DNA from: a virus
Taxonomy: Duplodnaviria > Caudoviricetes
DNA length: 41,494 nucleotides
Virus record (IMG/VR): IMGVR_UViG_3300031938_000009
Location: 1-41,494 of that record
Direction: 5' to 3' (one strand)
Position numbers and translations under genes: made by a program. Below, piece after piece: positions 24,729 to 34,650 of this stretch (positions within the stretch are counted from its first letter, which is position 1; every line of letters starts with the position of its first letter). The notes beneath the pieces were generated by a model, which had not been told where the DNA came from, searched no databases, and saw only the letters and a program-made list of their open reading frames with translations.

Positions 24729-24754
24729 ATTGGCGTCCTCCGTCTAGTTAGCGG

Positions 24755-25726
24755 TCAGATGAAGTAAGTGAAGTTCAGTGAGAACAGGGCGCCCGTTGTC
24801 CAACTGAACGGGTCCTGCGAGCGGATCATCACCACACCAGTGGACGTGTTCACGAACACCGTTGCGTGGATGTTATTCCCCCCGGACCCGCCAGACATGG
24901 CAACCGCAAAGTACTTATCAGGAGAAACGCCGCGGGCAGCGTCAGGGAGGATCGCGCCGAACCCGGTAAAGTCACTTCCCACCGTGAACGACGAACCTGT
25001 GCGCTTGATGGTGAAATCGGCTGTGACCCGTGTACGGCCATCCATCGGCTCGACATACACGTTCCCGTCAACGGAGTACCCCGCCGGGGAAACCAGCCCG
25101 TTTTTGGTGGCTGCTGCGAGGTCAAGCCGCTTCCACTGCGGAACATCATTATCTGCAAGGTTCCGGATCCAGTCCTGACCCCAAATGTTCACGCGGGTGC
25201 CCGTGGAGTTCAGGTAGGACCGGACAAGATCATGTGCGCCGACAAGCCCACCGCCATCCCCCGCCCACACCCGCAGGTCGATGATAAGCTGCGGCTGCGT
25301 CTGGCCCGCCGTCACCATTACCAACGCGAGTGGCTGGTCATCAATGTTGCCGGGCCCAATCTGGCGACCGCCGGGCAGAACCATTGTTGAGCCGCCATTG
25401 ATCTTCACGAACTTAGATTCGCCAGCGGTTGGGGTCCAATCCCTACGAACAGCGATCAGATCCCAGCGCGACCCTGAAGCTATCGGGTCAAGCTGGATTG
25501 TCTCGTTCGCAACAGTTTTATCTGTCACGCCATGTCCGAACCCGCTGCCTGCGTTGATCGAAACCGTCCGGTCAGCCCCGGCAACAGCACTGACTTTCCA
25601 ATCGGAGGGGGAGCGCACACCGTACCGGGCCGAACCAATGGACGGGTGAGCATCAGCCCAAGCAACCTCCGTGTACGGGTTGCCAGTTGTGGTGTCGTAC
25701 CCGTTAGAAGTGAACGTTACGGCCAT
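24755..25726 (-). CDS. minor tail/baseplate protein
   Basis: SRWDLIAVRRDW, PLALV.V, IDLR motifs; position. Confidence 0.75.
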   Translation of the reverse strand: MAVTFTSNGYDTTTGNPYTEVAWADAHPSIGSARYGVRSPSDWKVSAVAGADRTVSINAGSGFGHGVTDKTVANETIQLDPIASGSRWDLIAVRRDWTPTAGESKFVKINGGSTMVLPGGRQIGPGNIDDQPLALVMVTAGQTQPQLIIDLRVWAGDGGGLVGAHDLVRSYLNSTGTRVNIWGQDWIRNLADNDVPQWKRLDLAAATKNGLVSPAGYSVDGNVYVEPMDGRTRVTADFTIKRTGSSFTVGSDFTGFGAILPDAARGVSPDKYFAVAMSGGSGGNNIHATVFVNTSTGVVMIRSQDPFSWTTGALFSLNFTYFI

Positions 25727-27174
25727 TAGCGATTCCTCATGTCTCGTTGGCCCCTAGCGAGGGCTTGAAGTCGTTTCTGTGTGATGCGTTCCGGCTGGTC
25801 CAAACGATCGCCAACCACGGGATCGACTGAGGCGTGGTTCGTGGAAACCCACTGGATCGTGCATTCCTTGATCACTTCCGTGACAGTGATGTCATCCGTG
25901 ATCTTGATCGGAACTTTGTCCCCGACATGGAACCCGCCAGGCCCGTACTTGAAGATCCCGGCCTCAGCAAGGGTGATTGCCACGCCGTTACTGATGCCGT
26001 TTTCGGTCAGGGCTTTGTTGCCTTCTTCGTCCATTGCTGCCTGGTAATCGGCAAGCGCGGCAGGCTGGGAAGCTAGCAGGGTGTTGTACGCGGTTTGTTT
26101 CGTGTTCCGGTCAGCCAGTGCGGTGTTGTAGTCCGCGAGCCTCGAGGTGACCTTGCTTTGGGCCGTGTTCCGGCGTGACGTGGCGCTAGAAATCAGCGAA
26201 CTGGTACCGGTCGCCAGTGCAGTGTCGTACGCCTGATCCGCGTTTTCATAGGCCATGTTCGCGGCGTCCAAAGCGTTGTCAGCCTTGGTTAGGTCGTTGT
26301 TGGCGTCCTTAAGATCCTTGGCAGCGTCTGCCGTGTCCTTGAGTAGCTTCGTGTAATCCGAGCCCGTAGACGCAGCGTCCACGAAGACCTCGCCACAGAA
26401 CCCGTAGATAGCTTCCCTTGCCGTGTCTGTGACAACCCGGAAGTAACGGTCCCTGCCCTCACCCGCGCCGCCCACAACAGCCCTAGAGGCTTTAGGGCGG
26501 GCGCTGACCATCTGCACGTTCTTCAACGTCCGGCCATCAACTGAGAGCGTCCGGCCATAAGTGACGGGCTCGTGAACATCCAGAACCAGGCTCGTGCCGT
26601 CCTGCTTCACAGTCACACCCAAGCCGGCAGTCGCCACCGCAGGGAACAGTAGGTCCGCGAGTGGGTGCATACGGTACGACAAACCGCCCGGAACACTCAC
26701 CCCGCGGGCGAGGTTAGTAGCCGTTGTCAGGCCGGGGATACCAAGCCGGTTCACGCCGTTCTCAGTGACCGCGACCTTAACAATGCCTTCAGCGTTGCCC
26801 GTGTACTTCCGGAACTCCGCGGTACCCTGCGCGCTGATAGCCGCAGCGGGAACCTGCCATCCAAGGATTTCCTTCAAGACGCGAAGGTCATCCTCAACCG
26901 TGACAGTCAAAGTCCCGGCCACACCATCCGTTCCGATTTCCTTCTCAGTGATCGGCCCACTAATCAGGTGCTCGCCACGGAACAGGACAACAAGCCTGGT
27001 CTTAGGCTCGAGCAGCACCAGGGCGCGCCTGTGACTCAGAGGGACAGTCATAGTCAGAGTGCCGGGCAGGTTATGCCGGACGGTCACCTTCAGTTCACTG
27101 GGCGACCCGATCTGACACTGAAACACCCGGTCACCGTTATAAACACTGATGCGGAAAAGTGCCGGCGCTACCAT
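25726..27174 (-). CDS. Tal/hub-like minor tail protein with coiled-coil insertion
   Basis: follows Dit; VVGGAGEG..R, FHVGDKV. Confidence 0.75.
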   Translation of the reverse strand: MVAPALFRISVYNGDRVFQCQIGSPSELKVTVRHNLPGTLTMTVPLSHRRALVLLEPKTRLVVLFRGEHLISGPITEKEIGTDGVAGTLTVTVEDDLRVLKEILGWQVPAAAISAQGTAEFRKYTGNAEGIVKVAVTENGVNRLGIPGLTTATNLARGVSVPGGLSYRMHPLADLLFPAVATAGLGVTVKQDGTSLVLDVHEPVTYGRTLSVDGRTLKNVQMVSARPKASRAVVGGAGEGRDRYFRVVTDTAREAIYGFCGEVFVDAASTGSDYTKLLKDTADAAKDLKDANNDLTKADNALDAANMAYENADQAYDTALATGTSSLISSATSRRNTAQSKVTSRLADYNTALADRNTKQTAYNTLLASQPAALADYQAAMDEEGNKALTENGISNGVAITLAEAGIFKYGPGGFHVGDKVPIKITDDITVTEVIKECTIQWVSTNHASVDPVVGDRLDQPERITQKRLQALARGQRDMRNR

Positions 27175-28157
27175 GCCGCCCTCCAAAGGGTGGGCAGGTA
27201 GCACTCAACCATCCCAGTACCGTTCACGGTCAGAGACAACGGCACTGACTGGCCGGGCGGGATAGCCCCAAAGTCGGCCTCACCAAGGTCCGCCGTGCGG
27301 TCAACAGGGTTGATCAAGTCAACGCCAACGATCCGCTGAGACGGCTTCTTACCAGCGGCACTCGGTGCAATGTCGTACATGGTCGCCCCAATATCAACGG
27401 GGTCGGACTCGATCACCAGGCACTTATCCGCCGGCACCGTGAACGGAACATCGACAAGCAGGGAACCGATACCCACCGAAGCGGTTACCGTTTCCCCGTC
27501 AATGAACCAGCGCGGGTACGACTCGACATCGCCGGGGTTGTCAATGGTCGCGTTCTCCACCGAATAGGCAGAGGCGATGTTCACAACCTGCGGCCCGGTG
27601 GGCTCAAAGAAAGGCGCCGGGGGTTCCGGCGCCTTGAACGAGTTCACTATTGGCTCACCAACCCAATAGGGCTGCTCAGCGTAGAGCGTGATCGCGTACC
27701 GAGCCCAACCCGTCAGAGACGGCAGAGTGTCAAACTCGTGATTACCCTCATTATCGAAATAACAAGTCAGCCGGCGAGTCTCACCAGACGGCTGCGTAAC
27801 CGCCCAAACACCCGGCCTATCAGGATCCAAAGTCCGCCGAAACGCCCGGTCACGCGCAACCCAAGCAAGAGCCCCATCACCATGAAAAATCTTGATCGGC
27901 CAAAACACCTCACGCTCCTCCGTGACCGACCCCCGATGAAGAGAGCCAGCCACGGCAGGAGACGTATCAACAATCCGCCGCGTGGGCGGCAACGTCAGCC
28001 CGCGAGTACCAGCCAAAAGCAGAGCACCCGCAGACCTATCCGAAAGCGTCCAAACCGAACCATCCCAACCCGTCCACGTCATCAACATCCCCTGCCAATC
28101 AGGGCCTGGTGTCGGTGTAGGGGTGAAAGGGAGTCCGTAGACAAGCTGCGCGGCCAC
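27168..28157 (-). CDS. distal tail protein (Dit-like)
   Basis: follows TMP; WTGWDGS.W.L, IDNPGDVESYP.W. Confidence 0.75.
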   Translation of the reverse strand: MAAQLVYGLPFTPTPTPGPDWQGMLMTWTGWDGSVWTLSDRSAGALLLAGTRGLTLPPTRRIVDTSPAVAGSLHRGSVTEEREVFWPIKIFHGDGALAWVARDRAFRRTLDPDRPGVWAVTQPSGETRRLTCYFDNEGNHEFDTLPSLTGWARYAITLYAEQPYWVGEPIVNSFKAPEPPAPFFEPTGPQVVNIASAYSVENATIDNPGDVESYPRWFIDGETVTASVGIGSLLVDVPFTVPADKCLVIESDPVDIGATMYDIAPSAAGKKPSQRIVGVDLINPVDRTADLGEADFGAIPPGQSVPLSLTVNGTGMVECYLPTLWRAAW

Positions 28158-28166
28158 TAATAGCTC

Positions 28167-31121
28167 CTAATCGCCATAGGCTTTTTGTAGGTCACGGGTC
28201 GTTTGCGCTGTCTGCTTAGCGATGTCCAGCCCGTACTGGTACGCGAGCCCTGGTTTGGCGTCGATGTGGTAGTGGTTGTGAACGACCATCGCGGATCCGC
28301 TCGAGGTGCCAACGCGTCCGCCATCCGCATACGCCGGATACGTGCCAGCATTGATCGCAGCAAGAACCCGGTCATACCTATCCGAAGAACGGCGGTTAAT
28401 CACCCACTCGCCAGCATCAACAAACGCAGTAGGCGCGCCAGTCAAGCTGGAAACGCCAAGGATCCCATCAACCGTGTCCGTGCCTGGTCCAGACATGGGC
28501 AGGCGCCCGCCCGTATCGAAACCGGGGATACGCCCACCCTTCGCCTTCTTAGGGGCAAGGACGGTCCCAGCACCAACGGGGGCTCCCGTGTCGCCAGACA
28601 ACTGGCGAATAACCCGCTGAATCGTCGTCTCGTTGTAGGTCGTGTTCACCACAACATTCCTCGGAATGTTGTTAATGGCCCCAGTGGTCTGCTCAGCCAT
28701 CTGCTTAGCAGCCGTAGACATCCACGTATCAATGTTGGCCTTCGGCGGGATGCCGAGAACCTTCCTCGCAAGGGAGTCCGCCGCGCCGCCAGTGACCCCA
28801 AACTGGCCAGCAGAAGCGACCAGGTTGTCATAAGTTGTCCGCAGGTTGCCCTGCAACGTCTTCTGACTCTCGCCGTTCGCGGCGTTGGACTTCACAACAT
28901 TCAAGCCAGCGCTAGCCACAGCATCAAGAGCAGCCTGATTAGCGCGGCCCTTCTCAGTGTGAATGTCGAGACTGGTCCCGTTCTCCTTGATCGCCGCATC
29001 CACGCCATCAATCGCAGCCTGAAAGTTCCTGGCAGCATCACGCGCCGAGAGTTGCAACAACCCGGCGTTAATTAGCGCCTCCGCGAACTTAGCCAGGTTA
29101 CTCACCGTGCCGTCAGCGCTCACGCCTATATCCTCGAGAGCCTTGGATACTTCCTCGGTCAGTGGAGCGGCTCCGGAAGCGGCCTCACCTGTCGACGTAA
29201 TGGCGGTAGCCGCGGCGGTACTGTCAGCCGCCGCATTCTTAGACTCGGCAGAAGCCGCAGCAAGAGCATCCTGATACTCGGGGAACTTCTCTTTCAGATC
29301 ATCAACAGATACGCCCTGCGCATCCGCGGCTTCCTTGATCTGGTTAAACGCAGTCTCAGCGTCCTTCGTGCGCCCGCCCGAAACGAGGCCCGCAAGGCCC
29401 TGGTCAAGCCGGTCAAACGAGCCAGCAAGGATCTGTGAAGAACCCTGCACCCCGGTAATCCCGCTAACCAGTGACTCGCCCCAGTCATTGAATTGCTGCT
29501 GCCAGTCACGGTTAAACGTCCGCTTAATGGCCGATTCAATGTCAGTGACATCGCGGATCAAGTCGCCGCCATCACGGTCCTTGAACAACCCATCAAGCGC
29601 CGCGGAAGCACCAGGGGAATCCCTGGCCACATCAGCGAGAGCGTCAGCGACCTTACCCAAGCCGGTGTCGATCTTGGACATGTAATCCGCTTCGGCCAGC
29701 TTAGCCAAAACGGTTACAACTGCTGCGATTCCGCCGGCAACACCTGCCGCCTTGCCAACGGCAACCAGCGCACCACGAGCGCGGCCACCAGCAGGCGCCA
29801 ACCTGTTGAACGCCTCCATAGCATCCAACACTTTCGGCGTCAGATTCAGGAAGGCGCCCGCACCCAAAGCTGCAACACCAACAACACCAGCAATCCCGGC
29901 ACCAGCAGACAGGATCGGCGCGGGGATCTTGCCGATAGCATCAACCAGATCCTCAGCACCCGAAACTAGACCACGCAGGAAGTCATTCGCACCCGAACCC
30001 GACTTGAGGAACACGGTATCGATAGAGCCGCCAAGCTTCTCAATATCGCCAGCCAGGTTGTCCTGCATCATGGCTGCTGTTTGAGCCGCGTAGCCAGCGT
30101 CGTTTACAGCGCCTTCCCACTTCTCGATACCGGCAGCGCCCTGCTCGTACAGAATGTTCGCGGCGCGCACAGCATCAGAGCCGAACAGTGTCTTCAGCGT
30201 GGCGTTACGCTGCTCATCAGACATGCCCTTGAGCTTTTCCTGAAGAACACCCGCATACTCTGACATGCCAATGAACTTGCCCTGCGCGTCATACGCTTTG
30301 ATGCCCAACTCGTTCATCAGAGAGGCCGCAGCGGCGCTATTGGGATTCAGTGACATCAGCATCGTCTTGAACGACGTACCCGCATCAGAACCAACCAAGC
30401 CTGAATTAGCAAACGCAGCCAGCGCACCGGTAGTTTCTTCAATGCTCAGGCCCGTAGATTCAGCTACAAGAGCGGACTGATTGAGAGCGGCGCCCAGATC
30501 CTGGACTGAACCCTGAGCTTTACCAGCGCCAGCGGCAAGCAAGTCAGCAACGTGAACTGCAAGCTTTCCTTTATCCTCGATGTTCTTGCCGAAGATAGTC
30601 ATCGCTGTTGCAGACAACTCAGCAGCTTCGCCAACCGACAGCGCGCCAGCCGCCGCGAGGTCCAGTGAACCCTTCAGTCCGCCTGCGAGAATGTCCTTCG
30701 TGGTTACGCCAGCCTTGGCCAGTTCCTCAATGCCCTGCGCAGCCTCACCCGCAGAGAACGAAGTATCAGCGCCGGCAGTGATCGCAGCCTCACGCAGCAA
30801 ATCCATGTTCCCGGCAGTCTCATGAGTGGCCGCCTTGACCGAAGACATCTGCTTATCGAAATCCGCGTAAGCCTTGACCGCCAAGCCAACGCCAGCGACG
30901 GTCGCCGCGCCGAACCCCGCAACAACCTTGCCTGAAGTTTCCCAGGCGTCACGGTTCTGAGTAGCCGACTGAACCAGACGCCCCAAGTGAGTATCCGCGG
31001 CTGCACTGGCCTGCTGCGATGCTTGGCTGACACGCCGCGTGGCTGCCGCGGCCTCAGCCATCGCAGCCCGGAAGCCCTGAATTTCGGCACTAAACCGAAC
31101 CGATACTCTGCGTTCTGCCAC
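28167..31121 (-). CDS. tape measure protein
   Basis: 984 aa, Ala/Gly-rich; TP901-type core FDKQMS.V..GSDAGTSFKTML. Confidence 0.95.
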   Translation of the reverse strand: MAERRVSVRFSAEIQGFRAAMAEAAAATRRVSQASQQASAAADTHLGRLVQSATQNRDAWETSGKVVAGFGAATVAGVGLAVKAYADFDKQMSSVKAATHETAGNMDLLREAAITAGADTSFSAGEAAQGIEELAKAGVTTKDILAGGLKGSLDLAAAGALSVGEAAELSATAMTIFGKNIEDKGKLAVHVADLLAAGAGKAQGSVQDLGAALNQSALVAESTGLSIEETTGALAAFANSGLVGSDAGTSFKTMLMSLNPNSAAAASLMNELGIKAYDAQGKFIGMSEYAGVLQEKLKGMSDEQRNATLKTLFGSDAVRAANILYEQGAAGIEKWEGAVNDAGYAAQTAAMMQDNLAGDIEKLGGSIDTVFLKSGSGANDFLRGLVSGAEDLVDAIGKIPAPILSAGAGIAGVVGVAALGAGAFLNLTPKVLDAMEAFNRLAPAGGRARGALVAVGKAAGVAGGIAAVVTVLAKLAEADYMSKIDTGLGKVADALADVARDSPGASAALDGLFKDRDGGDLIRDVTDIESAIKRTFNRDWQQQFNDWGESLVSGITGVQGSSQILAGSFDRLDQGLAGLVSGGRTKDAETAFNQIKEAADAQGVSVDDLKEKFPEYQDALAAASAESKNAAADSTAAATAITSTGEAASGAAPLTEEVSKALEDIGVSADGTVSNLAKFAEALINAGLLQLSARDAARNFQAAIDGVDAAIKENGTSLDIHTEKGRANQAALDAVASAGLNVVKSNAANGESQKTLQGNLRTTYDNLVASAGQFGVTGGAADSLARKVLGIPPKANIDTWMSTAAKQMAEQTTGAINNIPRNVVVNTTYNETTIQRVIRQLSGDTGAPVGAGTVLAPKKAKGGRIPGFDTGGRLPMSGPGTDTVDGILGVSSLTGAPTAFVDAGEWVINRRSSDRYDRVLAAINAGTYPAYADGGRVGTSSGSAMVVHNHYHIDAKPGLAYQYGLDIAKQTAQTTRDLQKAYGD

Positions 31122-31170
31122 GAGCCCTCCAAGGGTTTTAAAGAAGCGGGGTGCATGGCATAATTAGCCA

Positions 31171-31377
31171 ATGACTGAAAATGTGGGGGACACCAAGAAA
31201 CGCGGCGCTAACGTCATGAAGACCGGCGCAGGGATGCTCGTATTCGGCATCGCAATAGCACTATTCGCTGGTGGTGAGAACGGGAATCCAGCTCTAAGTG
31301 GGTTCTCGGCGCTTGTTGCCGTGGCGGGATTCATTACCGCGATAGTCGGACTAGCTATCTGGCGTCAGCGACCGTAA
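31171..31377 (+). CDS. antisense 2-TM membrane protein (moron)
   Basis: TGG-CATAAT-N6-ATG leaderless start; two TM helices. Confidence 0.7.
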   Translation: MTENVGDTKKRGANVMKTGAGMLVFGIAIALFAGGENGNPALSGFSALVAVAGFITAIVGLAIWRQRP

Positions 31378-32198
31378 AGGTTTATCCGCGGGACGGACAT
31401 AGTTAGTCAGAAACCGTTCGCCTGGTTCCCGCTTATACTTTTCTTCGCCGGTTATGCGGTCAATTTCCGCCTGCGCATTACAAATAACGGTTGTCGCCTC
31501 GAACCAGCCATCGTTATCAGGGTGCTGACAGAACTTCGCCGGATGCCCACACGAGCACATGCCCGCCAAATATAGGGTGTAAGAAAACGTGAGCAGATGG
31601 TCTTTCTCGCCCCACTCAAACCCGCCAAGGTACGCGGAAGGTGGGCGCTGAAACCGTTCAGCGGTCTTTAGCGCCGCGACTACCCTTCCGTGGTTTCCCG
31701 ACCAGAGGACCTCGGCAAAAAATCAGCGCTCACAACAGGCATCTCACCGCACGCCTGGTAGAACGCCTGAAGGATCCGATTGAACTGCGCGTCACCGATA
31801 ACCTTGTTCAGTTTCCGCAACTGATCGGGCGAAGCGACGGGATGCACTAGAGCGCGGGACAGAACAACGAACCCGAGCGCCGTAGCGTCCAGATCCTTGT
31901 TCTCTTCAAGGATGGCCTTCTGCTCATCCTTAGTGAGCGACTGGACCCGCACCGTCAGCGCGGAATCATGGAACTGCTTAGCCAGTGCCTCATACTCGGC
32001 ACGTAGCTTACCCGTGCCACCGCCCATACTCGGGCCATCCACCTCATCATCCCCATCCGCGTTCTCAATCTTCGCGGCAAGCACATCAAGATCAGCGATC
32101 AGACCAGCCTTCTGATACACGGTAACGGCATGCTCAGGCCGTTCCGCATCCGCCAACCATGCATCGAGGTCAAAAGTCTCAGGGTTCAAATCAGACAT
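31351..32198 (-). CDS. tail assembly chaperone, -1 frameshift-extended form
   Basis: T-TTT-TTG slippery site at 31722-31716; the -1 frame is open into ORF 31351-31569. Confidence 0.8.
31680..32198 (-). CDS. tail assembly chaperone
   Basis: between major tail and TMP; carries the slippery site. Confidence 0.85.
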   Translation of the reverse strand: MSDLNPETFDLDAWLADAERPEHAVTVYQKAGLIADLDVLAAKIENADGDDEVDGPSMGGGTGKLRAEYEALAKQFHDSALTVRVQSLTKDEQKAILEENKDLDATALGFVVLSRALVHPVASPDQLRKLNKVIGDAQFNRILQAFYQACGEMPVVSADFLPRSSGRETTEG

Positions 32199-32203
32199 AG
32201 AGT

Positions 32204-32284
32204 TTCAGGCTCCTAAGTATTGTGGTCCAGGCTCAAGTGTTGGGAGGTTGGCGGGGCGGAGCCTGAATTTACGCCCCGCCAACC
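32204..32284 (-). promoter_or_regulatory. hairpin with loop complementary to the chaperone RBS (pseudoknot candidate)
   Basis: 13-bp stem 32246-58/32272-84; loop TTCAGGCTC complementary to GAGCCTGAA and GAGCCTGGA. Confidence 0.65.
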
Positions 32285-32291
32285 GGTCTAA

Positions 32292-32804
32292 CTAGGCGCC
32301 GGCAGCGACTTCGATCTGGTCGTAGCCGCGCTGCATTTCCAGGGGAATGCGACGCTTCACGAAACCTGTGCCGTCAAGGCGCTGCGGAGTGTCAGTGATA
32401 ACCTCGCCGCCAAGGTAAATCTCATCCGCCGCGGCCCAAGCCTCGGTGGCGTCCTTGTCGGACTCGCGGGCGTAAACCCAAACGGTCGTGCCCTTCTCCT
32501 TCAGCGCAGCAAAAGCGGCATCAGCCGTAGCATCCACGCCGCCAGCCGTAGCGTAATAACGCCACAGCGTGAAGCCGGTCGAGTAGTTCGACGCGCCAAT
32601 AGCGTTGCTGTTACCAACGTCGCACAGGGCCTTCTCAGCGATCTTGTCCGAGTCCGCAGCCGACCAGTTGAAGTCCGAGGCGAGCACGTTGCAAGACGCG
32701 TCAATGCCAGCGTTCAGCTCAGTCGCAGTCGGGGCAGCCGGGTCCGCCGGTGCAGTGGTCAGAATAGTCAGTTTGGTCTTGCCGTCAGCAAGTACACGAG
32801 CCAT
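32292..32804 (-). CDS. major tail protein
   Basis: LADGKTK....PADPAAPTATELNAGID.SC; position. Confidence 0.85.
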   Translation of the reverse strand: MARVLADGKTKLTILTTAPADPAAPTATELNAGIDASCNVLASDFNWSAADSDKIAEKALCDVGNSNAIGASNYSTGFTLWRYYATAGGVDATADAAFAALKEKGTTVWVYARESDKDATEAWAAADEIYLGGEVITDTPQRLDGTGFVKRRIPLEMQRGYDQIEVAAGA

Positions 32805-32806
32805 TA

Positions 32807-32971
32807 CTAGGCCTCCTTAGCTTCCGGCGTGGCCGGTTTAGGGTTTTCCTTCGCCTTCTGGCGAGGGGTCTTAGCGAACACGCCGAAAGCCGGGTGTTTC
32901 TCAGTCAGCCAGTGCTCAGGAATAACCTGCTTCTGACCTGTTTCCTTGTTGTACGCATCAATGAGCGCCAT
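32807..32971 (-). CDS. small hypothetical virion-region protein
   Basis: GGAGG RBS; KETGQKQVIPEHWL. Confidence 0.65.
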   Translation of the reverse strand: MALIDAYNKETGQKQVIPEHWLTEKHPAFGVFAKTPRQKAKENPKPATPEAKEA

Positions 32972-32994
32972 GAAAGTACCTCCAAGAGGGCATG

Positions 32995-33022
32995 AAAAAG
33001 CGCCCACCACGGAGCGCTTAAA
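32995..33022 (-). terminator. weak terminator-like hairpin
   Basis: AAGCGCTCC-GTGGT-GGGCGCTTTTT. Confidence 0.45.
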
Positions 33023-33027
33023 GAGTG

Positions 33028-33480
33028 TTAGGCGGTTCGTTCGGAAACGAGCGCGTATTCGTCCACCGCGTAGTAAGGATGGTTGGTGGTGCCAGGGATT
33101 GTTACATCAGAATCCGGCTGCGCATCCAACAAAGCCGACTGTTTCAGTTTCGACGGGGACCAGTTCGCCACATACGGTTTCACCCGGTTTAGTGCGCCCC
33201 GGACCCTGCCAACAGTGATCAAGAGCGAATCCCAGTTAGCCGCCACGCACGTAGCACGGATCCGCAACGACAAGCCTCGCACCACATCATCCAGGGCATC
33301 CCCGCTAGCGTCCCCGGAAACCTCGTCGCCAAGGTCACCCCACAACACCACATACGGGTAAGTAGGCTGCGTGGGAACGCCTCCGTAATAGACGGTCAAA
33401 CCAACAGGGACAAGGTTGCCCACAGCCCTGTAATGCTCGCCCACATTCCCCGGCGGCGGATCAGCAAAAACCACACTCAC
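33028..33480 (-). CDS. tail terminator
   Basis: PTYPYVVLW motif; position. Confidence 0.7.
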   Translation of the reverse strand: MSVVFADPPPGNVGEHYRAVGNLVPVGLTVYYGGVPTQPTYPYVVLWGDLGDEVSGDASGDALDDVVRGLSLRIRATCVAANWDSLLITVGRVRGALNRVKPYVANWSPSKLKQSALLDAQPDSDVTIPGTTNHPYYAVDEYALVSERTA

Positions 33481-33866
33481 AGCAGCCCCTCCGTCGCCCT
33501 AAACGCGAACTCGTAAAAGTTCGGCGCTTCCTCGAGCATCGCATCCTCCGGATTACGAACCGTACCGCCACCAGCCTTCGACGTACCGAAATACGCGATA
33601 CCAGCCAACGAAGCAGGGCCCCCACCAGACGGGCCCACCTCAGCCTCAATCACACCGTCACCACCGAAAGAATGAACCTTGAGGTCATAACTGATCGTTG
33701 GCGCTAGCTGCTTAAAGTGCCGACTACTCCGGGCATCCGAACGCATGATGTTCTTCGTGTTCAACGCAGACTTAGCAACAACACCCTTGATCTTCGGAAC
33801 CATATCCGCGGGGATCTTCGTCAAGTCACGGGCAAGTCCGTCCAGTTCGGAAGCGTCCACACTCAT
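33477..33866 (-). CDS. HK97 gp10-like neck protein
   Basis: ELDGLARDL..ISYD..AEVGP..YFGTS. Confidence 0.65.
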   Translation of the reverse strand: MSVDASELDGLARDLTKIPADMVPKIKGVVAKSALNTKNIMRSDARSSRHFKQLAPTISYDLKVHSFGGDGVIEAEVGPSGGGPASLAGIAYFGTSKAGGGTVRNPEDAMLEEAPNFYEFAFRATEGLL

Positions 33867-34258
33867 GCAACCACTTCCTCAACCCTGCACCGCTGCGCCG
33901 TAGCAAACGACTTATGAAACAACTCCACAACCCGATACACCCGACCATCAAGGAACAGATCATTAGCCGCAGAAGTGACCGTCACCCGATCCCCAACACC
34001 AAGAGGCCCCGCCGCAACAGGCACATCCACCCGATACTCCTGCACCGTGAACTGATGCTCACCAGCTTCCGGGTTCTTCGACTGGCTAATAGTCGCCTGA
34101 ACCTTACAAGGCCCCGAATAAACAAGGGAGTACGTTGGGGTGACGTTGCCAGTCTGGTAATCCGTAGACTCACCCGACTGCCGATCCACCACACACACAT
34201 CAACCATCAACGACTCAGCAGCCTGACGGCCAGCCCAAATCGCATCAGCCGCGCTCAC
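33863..34258 (-). CDS. head-to-tail stopper (DUF6093-like)
   Basis: AESLMVD.C..VYSGPCKVQ..TAQR. Confidence 0.7.
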   Translation of the reverse strand: MSAADAIWAGRQAAESLMVDVCVVDRQSGESTDYQTGNVTPTYSLVYSGPCKVQATISQSKNPEAGEHQFTVQEYRVDVPVAAGPLGVGDRVTVTSAANDLFLDGRVYRVVELFHKSFATAQRCRVEEVVA

Positions 34259-34635
34259 GAGTAAGCCATCCTGATAGTGAACGCCTCACCAGAAGACCCA
34301 GGCAGCAACAGGTTCCACTCATCATCCGTGAGCCCCAACCAGCCCGCCGAGTTAGACGAATCCGCAACCTCAGTCGTGGAATAGTCGTCAATCGCAACCG
34401 TCCGCGACTTCAAACCCTTCGGGTTGTCCAACTTCCGGATGATCGCACCAGCCACAACCCGCTTGATCGTCGCCACAGTCGGGCGCCCAGCCAGAATCAG
34501 CGCCTCAAGCGTCGGGATCCGCTCGAGAATATCCGCCTCAAGATCATCCACCCACGCAGACACCTGAGCGGACTCGCCCGCGGTGAAGGTGCGGTTACCG
34601 CGAACCTCAACATCATTCACAGTCGTGTAAGCCAT
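34255..34635 (-). CDS. head-to-tail adaptor
   Basis: MAYTTVNDV..NPKG..IDDYS..LTDDEW.LL. Confidence 0.75.
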   Translation of the reverse strand: MAYTTVNDVEVRGNRTFTAGESAQVSAWVDDLEADILERIPTLEALILAGRPTVATIKRVVAGAIIRKLDNPKGLKSRTVAIDDYSTTEVADSSNSAGWLGLTDDEWNLLLPGSSGEAFTIRMAYS

Positions 34636-34650
34636 AACCGCACCCTCCCC

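Noticed and set aside
28203-29075. 290-aa plus-strand ORF
   Set aside because: Antisense to the tape measure gene.
31694-31700. GGGAAAC as the chaperone slippery site
   Set aside because: Not in X-XXY-YYZ phase with the chaperone frame; T-TTT-TTG at 31722-31716 is.
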